Shown here: in pieces, positions 1 to 9,586 of the stretch
Layout: every line of letters starts with the position of its first letter
How positions within the stretch are numbered: position 1 is the first letter of the stretch
Source: Catajapyx aquilonaris
Taxonomy: Eukaryota
Assembly (NCBI GenBank): GCA_000934665.2
Contig: JYFJ02001715.1
Location: forward strand, 52,531-72,530
Length of the DNA: 20,000 bases
Reading direction: 5' to 3'
Notes under the pieces: model-generated
The model's input: only the letters and a program-made list of their open reading frames with translations
Database searches by the model: none
Told to the model about the DNA's origin: nothing
Program-made: the position numbers and the translations under genes

Positions 1-149
1 GCTACGTGCGCCAACTGAGGGGGGAGGGGGGGAAAAATTTCCCGCTAAAACCACGTGGCCGCCACGTGGTCAGCCAACGCGGGAAAATTCAAAACATCGT
101 GCTCGAAAGTAGGAAGTAAGAAACGACATTTAAAAATTCAAAACAGGTT

Positions 150-625
150 ATTCTCATAAATCTACATAATTCTTCACCGAATCAGTCATAATTCACCTAC
201 AAATCATTCGCAACGTATTCGTAAATATGCACGAATCCGCACTAAATTTGTTTCAAAAATCATCTTAAATCCTACATCAAGTCGACATAAATCCTCACTC
301 AGCACAAATCATTCGCAAATCAGCTACAAATCCTCAATAAATCATTCACGAACGATGTGAATAAGAGCTACATAAATCTTCAATATATCCGTACAAATAT
401 TTTTCAGAAATTATTTTCAAATCTGCACACTGAATCGTCTGGAAATTCCTTACGGATCTTACAGTGAATCCGCTACCAAATCCTCAGTGAATCTTTTCAA
501 AATCATCTTAAATCCTCCATCAAATCTACATCAAATTTTCAACAATTCGTTCACAAATTCTGTTCACAAAATCTTCAATAAATCTTTCACAAATCAATCC
601 TTAAATCATTCATTAAATCCACATA
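150..625. repeat. Low-complexity degenerate AAATC/TTCA repeat tract
   Basis: Many spaced AAATC(C/A/T) motifs with no clean period. Confidence 0.55.
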
Positions 626-1448
626 AGTCATGTTTACGTTACCTTTGGCCTCCGGAACCCCCAGGAGCACGAGCACTACGAGTACGAGCCTGCTACGACC
701 TTGCAACATCCCGACGACAGCCTGAAGCACCCCAGCAGTTCAGCCTTTAGGTGCGCGCACCCACGAGGGTGCGCTGTATGACACATGTCATGCGGGTCAT
801 ATTTCTTGTCCTTCCTTCTTATATTTTGTTGTCTCTCTATGAGTGTGATGACTTCTTGGGGGGATGTTGTTGGGTGGGGTGTGCTCTCGCTGGGTGGCTT
901 TGGGAAGCTCTGAGCCGACTTGTGTGAGGTGTGCTCCGGTCATAGCATCTCCCCTCCTCCTCCTTCCACCTCCCTCTCTCCCTCTGTGGGTCACATGACC
1001 AGCGGAGGCGGCGCATGACTGCCTCTCCCTCCTCTCCATCCAGCAGCCTCCCACCTTCTTCTTCTTCTTCTTGCCTCTTTTTCCTCTCAACACTCATCAA
1101 CTCCAACTTACTAACCTCCTCTGGTTGTTTTCTTCTTCTTTACATGGGCCCCACCTTCGTCGTGTGGGTTGCCAGCAGGTTAGGATAAAAGATTGGTGAA
1201 ATATAATATTTTAAGCGGCTATAACTGTTGCTGGTAAAAATTTAAGCAGCTACATCTGTAGCTGGTAATTTTCAAGCAGCTCTATCTGTAACTGGTAACA
1301 TTTATGCAGCTATACATGTAGCTGGTAATTTTAAGCAGCTTTACCTATAGATAGTAACATTTTAAGCGGCTGTAACTGTAGCTGACGATATTTTAAGCAG
1401 CTATAACTGTAGCAGGCATCATTGTTAGCACCTACTGTATACATGTAG

Positions 1449-1682
1449 TTTTTTATAATTGATATTGAAGGAGGTTGGCCCAGCATTGCCTTTCAACCTC
1501 CAAGGATAGGGAAGGAAGGAAGCGGCTGTGGCCTATTATACGGAAGCGACGCCGGAATTATCATAGAAAGACCGTGGAAAACCACAGAAAACCACGGTCA
1601 AGGTTGCCGGCCCCGGGATTCGAACCCAGGACCTCTCGATTAGCAGTCGGACGCCTTATCAACTATGCCAACCTGCTTCGGT
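1449..1682 (-). mobile_element. tRNA-derived SINE, family A, full length with TSD
   Basis: Minus-strand A box (TGGCATAGTTGA, 1659-1670) and B box (GGTTCGAATCC, 1616-1626), a 3' hairpin and a short A tail. 12-bp TSD TGTATACATGTA at 1436-1447 and 1683-1694. Confidence 0.88.
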
Positions 1683-1692
1683 TGTATACATG

Positions 1693-2090
1693 TACTATGG
1701 AGCTCAAATTATTTTGGCCACTTTATCCTGGTCTTGAAGCAATCCTATATTTATACCCCATTAGGAGAATCGGCGCTCCATTAGGGGGGTGGAGTACCAC
1801 CATTGGATGGGGACAACGATAGGGAAGGAAGGAAGCGGCTGTGGCCTAATATACGGAAGCGACTCCGGAATTATCCTGGGGGGACCGTGGAAAACCACAG
1901 AAAACCACGGTCAGGGTTGCCGGCCCCGGGATTCGATCGAACCCAGGACCTTCCGAATAGCAGTCGGGCTCCTTCACCACCACACCAACTTGCTTCGGTG
2001 TCACCTGCTCACCTGCTCACCGTGGGGCCTGTGTGAAGGGTTGCTTCAAGACCAGGATAAAGTGGCCAAAACAATTTGAGCCCCATAGTA
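1693..2090. mobile_element. MITE with ~55-bp terminal inverted repeats flanked by TA
   Basis: 1692-1746 is the reverse complement of 2037-2091 with 3 mismatches. Termini read TA|CTATGG...CCATAG|TA. Confidence 0.85.
1747..1998 (-). mobile_element. tRNA-derived SINE, family A variant with a different 3' tail, located inside the MITE
   Basis: 1818-1998 aligns by eye with 1505-1681. The B box carries a 4-bp TCGA duplication. The tail (about 1747-1817) is unrelated to that of copy 1. Confidence 0.82.
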
Positions 2091-3938
2091 CCGGGTAAAA
2101 TTTTATCAGTTATAACTGTAGATCGTAAAGGTTTAAGCAGCTATAACCGTAGCTGATAATTTTTAAGCAGCTAAGTAGCTGGTCATATTTTTTTGCAGCT
2201 GTAGCAGTTGCAGCAACTGTAGATGGCATAATTTTAAGTACTATACATGCAGATAGTAAAATTTTAAGCGGCTGTAACTGAAGATGGTATATATTTTAAA
2301 CAGTTATAACTGCAGCTGGCAATTTTAAGCAGATATGACCGTAGCTGGTAATATTTTAAGCAGCTATACCTGCATATTATAGTAAAATTTTCAGTCACAA
2401 CTGTAGATGGTAAATTGAAGCAGCTATACTTGTAGGTGGACGAATTTTAAGCAGCTATCACTGTAGCATGTAACTGATAATAAATTGCGATCTAAAATAC
2501 ATATGTTATAATGTATAATATTATAATATGTAATGGTTTAAAAAAATCAGCTACATAAAAATATATTAAACTAAACACTAAAATAAAATTAGCGTACATT
2601 AACTGAACTAAATATAGGACTAAAATGAAACACAATAAATCATAAAATATTTTTATGGCGACATCATTCCCAATCTACAAACCAGCTAATTAGCAGCGCT
2701 TCTAATTATTTTAATAGCTACTAAAAGAGCAGCTATGCTCATATTTCTGTCTACCCCCCCTCCCCCCACACTACCCTAAATCACAACACCTACAATTGAC
2801 TAATCGCACACGTGCAAAAAGGTTGTTATTGAAAGGTTGGAATGCAGCCTTGCAACTCAAGTTCATTGCTGCCACTCTTACGCAGAAGGGGGGCGGCCAT
2901 TTTTTTTTTTTTTTGCTCGATCAGTTACGCCTTTTTTCCTCCTGAATGAAGTGCGTGGGTTTTTAAGCATATTGAGTTCGCAAATGGGGGTGTTTTTTTA
3001 TGGCCTCGCAAAATTCATTGCGCTGTCAGTCTTTGGGGGATAAAACCGGTAGTTGAGATTATTCCTTCAAGGAGGTGCGGCCATAGTGTGGGACGCGTCC
3101 GATAATATCGAGGATGAAAACATGTGGTCAAAAGTTAGAATATTTCTATGGAGAAAGCATTTTTGAACCAAATTGGCAAATCACGCTATTATAGACTTGT
3201 TTCTCATTGAAGGAAAGTCAAATTGAACAACAATGTTCCGATTTCTAAGGAACCCAACGATCACCAGCCTGATAGTGAACCAGGAAACCGGAAGTTGACC
3301 ATGAAACCTACTTATGGTCTGCTGAATCCGAATCCGAAAACAGTTTGTCGCTATCTCTTCCAGTTTAGCCTCTGATGCATGTCCACAGACAGACAGACGA
3401 CTCTCTAAAAGTCGTTTTTCAATGAAAATTTTCTAAAAATTACATACATGGCAGTTTCTTCCTCCGTAATAAGTGTCCATTGAACATAATATTCGAAGAT
3501 AATATTATATGCAGCTTAAATCGCCACCTAAAAAAATTCAGATCTATAGCCACCCTGTACCACCATACATTCCCAAAGTGTTAACGTCTCACTGTACAAT
3601 GAAAATTTCCCAGAACTTTTACAGCTCATAAAAAAATTTTATGGCCTGACACACAATCGGTCCAAGCTTCTTATCAGTTAACAAATATGTAAAAAAAAAA
3701 CAACACTTCTAGTCATACATCGCAAAAAAACAAAAAATCTCCAAAAATCCCGGAAGAATCATCAAAAAAAAATTGGCACGCTTGGAATTCTCTATTTTTA
3801 TCTATTTACGATCCACTTTATTTACCTAAACTTTGTGGGGTCCCAAAAAAACACAATAACACACCCCCCTGGAAATAGTCCGCTCATAAAATACCCTAGC
3901 CTAGTCCTTGTGCCAACTATTATTCCCTGGCATACCGC

Positions 3939-4292
3939 CCTATGACCCCCCCCAAAAATATCAGAAATCAATCAGTAGAAGTTTCCACGAATCCATTTAA
4001 ATTTTCCAAAAAAATATATATTCCGAAATTTCTAGGAACTGTTCATATCTATTGTAGGGAAGTTCAAAAAGCCTTATGACAGGTACAAGGACCGGTACCG
4101 ACCTATGACCCCCTCCCCCCCCTCTCAAAAAAATTCGGCGAAAAATATCAGAAATCAATTGGAGCAGTTTCCGCAAATTTATAAATCGATTGTTTCAAAA
4201 AAAAATATATTCCCAAATTTCTAGGAATCTGGTCATATCTATTGGAGGGAAGTTCAAAAGCCTTACTGTACAGTATGGCAGGTACAAGGACC
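3939..4292. repeat. Diverged tandem duplication with units of ~155 and ~190 bp
   Basis: CCTATGACCCCC...AAAAATATCAGAAATCAAT...AAATTTCTAGGAA...GGGAAGTTCAAAA...CAGGTACAAGGACC occurs at 3939-4093 and again at 4102-4292. Confidence 0.85.
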
Positions 4293-4685
4293 AGTATTGG
4301 AACCGGGTGATCCATCATAAAATTTTCCTTTGCCGTCTCGCTCTTGCCGCCGGCGGAAACCGTCTAGACACCGAATAAAATCCAAACCCCACCATCATCC
4401 AGCCCCCACCCACCGGTAACACCAATCTCTCTAATGTCTTCAGGAGGAAGTTTTCCCTCTCTACCGGAAGAAGGAAATTGTCACCTATAGAGCTTTAAAT
4501 CGATACTCAAGAACGAAGGAATCGGAAGGAACAAAGTTTTCGCAAAAACATTTTGAGTCACCCTATCACCCCCCCATGTCACACACTGTTACTGGGTCAG
4601 AACCCCCTCCTTCCATCAATATATCTTCTCGTCCAACTACCCATATCAGCATGTCACAAACTGGCATTATGGACAGAAATATTGT

Positions 4686-4962
4686 TTTCTTTCGGGCACA
4701 GTCCGGATATAGTAGACATTTTACGGGCACACTTCGGATATAGTAGACCACAGTCCCACGCCAGATGATCCCTGACGTTAAACGACTTAACGTCAATTTC
4801 ACGTCAAACTCTCGTCTCAACGATACACTTCTTGAGGTGAAATTGACGTTATAAGTCGTTAAAATAACGTCAGGGATCATCTGTCATGGAACTCTGGTCT
4901 ACAATATCCGAAGTGTGCCCATACAAGGTCTACTATATCCGGACTGTGTCCGTAAAAAGAAA
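4686..4962. mobile_element. Foldback/palindromic MITE-like element
   Basis: Arms at about 4686-4807 and 4832-4962 are imperfect reverse complements with a ~24-bp spacer. Each arm contains a subterminal direct repeat (CGGGCACA..TCGGATATAGTAGAC). Confidence 0.85.
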
Positions 4963-5019
4963 GCCAATACTACTATGGACACCCCTCTCAAAATTGTAGG
5001 CCTAGGACTCGAGGTGAAT

Positions 5020-6025
5020 GTGCGATATATCGATCGATATTTATCATATGGCACAATATTATTGATGTGCTCAAAATGGATGAATATATCGCTATGACAA
5101 TATTTCAGATATTCATTTCAATCTGCAATATTTCGATATATCACTCCAATATCGACATGTCGATTTCGCATGATATCGATTTTTCATATCGCGACAATTG
5201 ATATACATTTTAATGTACGACTGATATATCGCATTAATATCGATATTTCGATGTCACGTCAATTTGTCATATATCGCAAAAACGATACATTTCAAATGTA
5301 GAACACATCATACTAATGTCGATATTTCGATATAGTACATCACACTAATATCGATATGTCGATACAGCATATCACAATAATAGTGATATGTCGATACAGC
5401 ATATCACAATAATAGTGATATGTCGATACAGCATATCACGCTAATATCGATATGTCGATACAGCATATCACAATAATATCGATATGTCGATGTCGCATCA
5501 TATCAGTTTTTCATTGCGACAATCGATATTCATTTTAAATGTACAATTGATACATCGCATTAATATCGACACTTCCGATGTCACTTCAATTTTTCATATC
5601 GCACAATCGATACATATTAAGTGTAGAGTATGAATCCCATTAATATCTATATTTCGTTATGCTCCACATGACATCAATAATTTAATGCTGTACTGTACAA
5701 TCATATATTTTAAGTGCAGAGACCTATATCGCGTTTACGATTTTTAATATTGGCTACGATTTGCAATAATTCTTTTTTACCACACATACTATCGATATTT
5801 CGATGTTGAAAATGACACTTTCATATCGCACAATCGATATATTTTAAATGTAGAAACAGATGCGTCTGATTTTCGATGACTATGTCGATGAGATTTCCAT
5901 CTTCGATATTTCGATATGTCTGATATCGTTTTGTCATATTGGACAATCATATTATATTTTTAATGTAGAACAGTATATCGCGTTACGATTTTTGATATTT
6001 TGCTACCATCTGCAACATTTCGATT
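5020..6025. repeat. ATCGAT-rich degenerate repeat region with a 32-bp tandem core at about 5340-5490
   Basis: The unit TATCACAATAATATCGATATGTCGATACAGCA is repeated in tandem. A longer motif TTTCATATCGCACAATCGATA...AAATGTA recurs at about 5180, 5270, 5510, 5590, 5820 and 5930. Confidence 0.85.
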
Positions 6026-6074
6026 GATTGTGTTTATAAACATGGCGTACTCTATGGACTCAAGGACTTCTCAA

Positions 6075-6216
6075 CGTAACATATCACGGTCCGTCACATC
6101 GATATCGTACATGACAAGCAAGGTAGTGTCCTACTACAATCAGGCTCATGGCTCAAATTTGGTGGAATAAAACGAACAAAGGAGCTGTGACGTACGTGAC
6201 GGACCGTGACGTACGA
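6075..6216. repeat. Small inverted repeat, possible MITE remnant
   Basis: TCACGGTCCGTCAC (about 6085-6098) is the reverse complement of GTGACGGACCGTGA (about 6196-6209). Confidence 0.5.
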
Positions 6217-6751
6217 CTCAAAATTCGATGAAAACTCGCCAGATGTCAGACGTCACCAGCTGCTCCATCAAAGTGTCTAAAAACTGTAATCAGTCAGTGC
6301 CACGTAGATACAAGGCTTTATAAATGGATCTTGCCAGATCATACCTGTACAGTGCAAATTCCGTCAGATTGAAGGCATTAAATCTTGGCTCAAAAAGTTT
6401 TATAACCTGAGCCTCCAACTATGCAGCTGCAACTTTCCACCCAAATCATACTGTATACTGACAGTTTTCCATCTAACATTGTGCATTACAGTACCTCCCG
6501 TGCATTACACTCCAGGATTGATGCCTCTTCTGTCGTACAGTGCATGCGATAAGCCAAGGGTCTGTAACCCCCCACACTCTGTACAAAGAGCTTTATAGGA
6601 ACACCAGGTACATTGATAAAGAATGTTTCTGACATATATGGTTCTCTCTATGATGTGTATAATAGTATAATTATACAGGTTTATGACTGAATGAAAATAT
6701 AAATAATATACTGTATAATGATTGCAATATAATATAAATATATATAGTAAG

Positions 6752-6976
6752 TTATATCACAGTAATATCGATATGTGGATATAGTATATCACATTAATAT
6801 CGATATGTCGATAGAGCATATCGCAAGAATATCGATATGTGGATATAGTATATCGCATTAATATCGATATGTCGATAGAGCATATCGCAATAATATCGAT
6901 ATGTGGATATAGTATATCACATTAATATCGATATGTCGATAGAGCATATCGCAATAATTTCGATATGTGGATATAC
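6752..6976. repeat. 32-bp minisatellite with alternating A/B monomers (64-bp dimer), related to the 5340-5490 array
   Basis: ...ATATCGATATGTGGATATAGTA alternates with ...ATATCGATATGTCGATAGAGCA over about 7 monomers. Confidence 0.9.
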
Positions 6977-8439
6977 TATATAAATATATAATAAATATAA
7001 TAATAGCATGAAAATATAAATACTACATGGTTGCATTCAAATATGTAAAATATTAAAATCGTAGTTGTCGTGTTTGGCCCCGTCCTGCGCATGCGCAATG
7101 AGGAGGAAATCTTCAGTTGTTTGCTGACTGACGGCGAGTCAACATCGCGGATCGTCTCTCCCGTCACCTCAACACTACCGGGCTAGAAAAATGGGAGTTT
7201 TTTTTTTTTTCTTTTCTAGTACAGTTGATCCGAATATAACAGCCTCTGCTGTACCAAACTTTTGGCTGTAACAGACTCGAAAGGCCGGTCCCGACAATGA
7301 AAGTGAGGTGACGGTGGGTGACGGTGAGGAAAGGGCGTGACGTATTTATGTACCCATCCCTTATAAATAGCTGGTTGTTAACCCTCGAAAACAGACAGTT
7401 ATATTATGATGGCGGTTGTTGCAAATGTGATGTTTCGTCAAGGTCCTACAATGATTAGTCAAGTGTCGCCAGCAGGTGACACGTCAAAGGGAAGCAAAAA
7501 ACAATTCGCAATTTACGAGCCGAGGTATTAGTAAGTGCCAAGAGGTGTCGCGTTTTCAATCAGTGAGCATCTGGCTTGCTTTTGAACCAGAGTTGTCATC
7601 GTCGGTTGAGCCATTTCCGGTGGCGAATTTTTTCGGCCTGGTTTTAATTCGCCAAAAAATGTGCAATTCAAAATTGCGCCATTGTCTCGATGTGATTGAA
7701 AAACAAGGGCTCATTTCCGCATCATTTTCGTACACGTCGCTTATAGTACACGCTATAATACATCGCAATTTTTTTATTGCAAAGTGTGCCAAAATTTATC
7801 CTAATTTTGCGCAGGTAAATAACTGATCACATGATCCACGTCCAAGTGGGGGTTCACACTAGCTGACGGTGGCATACGAAACGAACGAAACGGTACCGAG
7901 GACGAATCGGAGCCCACTTGCGAATGACGGTTGGTGACGGGAATTACGAAACGAATCAACTTTTTACGGCAGTCCGGTCCGTTGATTTCGTATCCACCAA
8001 TGGGGCAGCAGGAAAGCCGGCCGGGGTGGTGGCGGGCTAGTGGGGGATGCCGCCGACAGCGCCTCTGGCGGAGGCAGACGAAGGACCCCGCAGCTTTCCT
8101 CCCTCTCCCATTAGTGGAAACGGAAGGAAAGGTCGGTAGCCACGTCAATTCAGAAAAAGTGGTGGCTCGACCAACTCCGATTTTCTTGAAAATTTTCATA
8201 TGGGTATACATGGGGGAGACATTTCAAAATCCGAAGTTTAAACCCCGTAGGACAATATGGAACCGAGATATGACCGATTCAAAAATGGCAACTTTTGAGT
8301 TGCAGAGTACTGAAATTCCTTTTTTATCTCCATAAGTAACCGTCTCCATCTAACCAATATATATATTTTCTGGGAGGTAATGAACCGCAGAATCCAGGGA
8401 AATAATTCATTTACATATATCCACAAAGTACCGGACACT

Positions 8440-8489
8440 TTATAATTGATATTAAGGAGGTTGGCCCAGCATTGCCTTTCAACCTCCAA
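8440..8489 (-). mobile_element. Severely 5'-truncated retroelement insertion (3' tail only, matching SINE family A copy 1) with TSD
   Basis: Near-identical to 1454-1503. Flanked by CAAAGTACC(G/A)GACACT at 8424-8439 and 8487-8502. Confidence 0.85.
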
Positions 8490-8778
8490 AGTACCAGACA
8501 CTGAAAAATTTATCTATAAATCTGCACTTTCAACCTCATTTGTCTGAACTCATTACGTCACTCTGGTGAGTCGGAACTGTACTAAATTTGGTCATCTTGC
8601 CGAGTACCTGTCTGTAGAGCTGAGATTAAAATTGGAAATGCTATAGTCCAAGTCCTTCACAGGGAAATAAATTTCTCAAATCCGGATTTTTCTCGAATTT
8701 GCGATTTTCGACCCCAAATTTCGGCATGTGGGCATGAGGGCAGGGTGACGGAGTGGGGATGTGCAAGGTCCAAGTTGC

Positions 8779-8971
8779 AACATCTCAAACGGTACAGTTT
8801 GTGGACTCCCCCGGGTGGTTCGTCTGTCGGAAATCCCGCCCTAGACGAAGCCGGAGATGACCCCGAACTCCGCACGAGATGGAAGGGGGGAAAGCCCGGG
8901 CTTGGGATCGAACCCGAGACCCTTCCATCCGTGGGCGCGTATGTTACCGCAGCACCACTCCACCTGGGCCC
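8779..8971 (-). mobile_element. tRNA-derived SINE, family B
   Basis: Minus-strand A box-like TGGTGCTGCGGT (8946-8957) and B box GGTTCGATCCC (8904-8914). GC-rich body unrelated to family A. 9-bp direct repeat CCAAGTTGC at 8770-8778 and 8972-8980. Confidence 0.72.
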
Positions 8972-9448
8972 CCAAGTTGCCATGATAAACCTGAACCGAC
9001 AAACAGACACTGATCAGTTCACACAAATGATGAAAACTGGTGGGTGCAATCTTTAAAGTACCTTTTTATTGACTCAAATGAAGAAAATTATAATAATGTG
9101 GAACCATGCAAGGTACATTTGCAAAATGTTCCGACACGGTAAAACAGTCAAAAAACTTAACAGCTGCTTATTGTTACGGATATTGTTTTGTTTCTTGTCC
9201 CCACAACGAATCCTGTACTGTACGGAGACGAAAAAAAAAAAGTATGACACTAATTTGCATATTTGGCTGTTTTTTAACAAAAACTTGTCATGGAATTCAT
9301 ATCATCTGTGCAAAGGAAATGCAATCGTAATGTTGTACTTGCATTGTGGTGAACTCCCCCTCATAAGGAAAATTACAATTGGACTCAACTGGCTTGTCAA
9401 AAAATTAATATTTATATGTATAATATTTTATGCTCAGGTCCACTAGCT

Positions 9449-9454
9449 TTTATT
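9449..9454 (-). promoter_or_regulatory. Candidate polyadenylation signal (AATAAA) of AGGF1
   Basis: AATAAA on the minus strand about 15 nt after the stop codon. A second candidate lies at 9065-9070. Confidence 0.5.
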
Positions 9455-9469
9455 TTAACGACCTGTTCA

Positions 9470-9586
9470 TCATGAAATCTGCTGGAAACGCTCTTGCGTC
9501 TTGAGCCTTATCTGCTCTTTCTTGCTGGGTTCGGGGATCTTCGTGGCTCCCAATCCGAGCCTGTCGACCTGTCCTTCCAACGCAAT
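9470..9586 (-). CDS. AGGF1: AGGF1 terminal coding exon (end of G-patch and C-terminus); absent from the ORF track
   Basis: Acceptor CTCTCTCGTTACAG|ATT. Encodes IALEGQVDRLGLGATKIPEPSKKEQIRLKTQERFQQIS*. Two tandem TGA stops. Confidence 0.9.
   Translation of the reverse strand: MALEGQVDRLGLGATKIPEPSKKEQIRLKTQERFQQIS

Larger units (their letters stand above)
1209..2470. repeat. Degenerate ~30-bp minisatellite (consensus ~TTTTAAGCAGCTATAACTGTAGCTGGTAA), interrupted at about 1415-2095 by insertions
   Basis: Tandem 29-31 bp units at about 1209-1413 and 2098-2470, in the same orientation on both sides of the insertions. Confidence 0.9.

Noticed and set aside
1605..1682. Functional tRNA gene (also 1920-1998 and 8895-8971)
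   Set aside because: A/B boxes are present but there is no proper acceptor stem. Each is fused to a SINE body, two have TSDs, and one has a duplicated B box.
1209..2470. ~30-bp repeats as a CRISPR array
   Set aside because: The units are contiguous and degenerate with no unique spacers, there are no cas genes, and the context is eukaryotic.
3040..3560. Non-autonomous DNA transposon remnant (GACA microsatellite, CACCCTGTA end; similar ends at 16521 and 16890)
   Set aside because: Only single short terminal-like motifs are present, with no correctly oriented TIR pair.
7380..8340. GC-richer block resembling a transposon terminus or an exon
   Set aside because: I found no TIR pair, TSD, splice-consistent ORF or protein motif.
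487..9446. ORF-track ORFs in the first 9.4 kb
   Set aside because: They are short, overlap SINEs, palindromes or low-complexity DNA, show no recognisable domains and often start at non-ATG codons.
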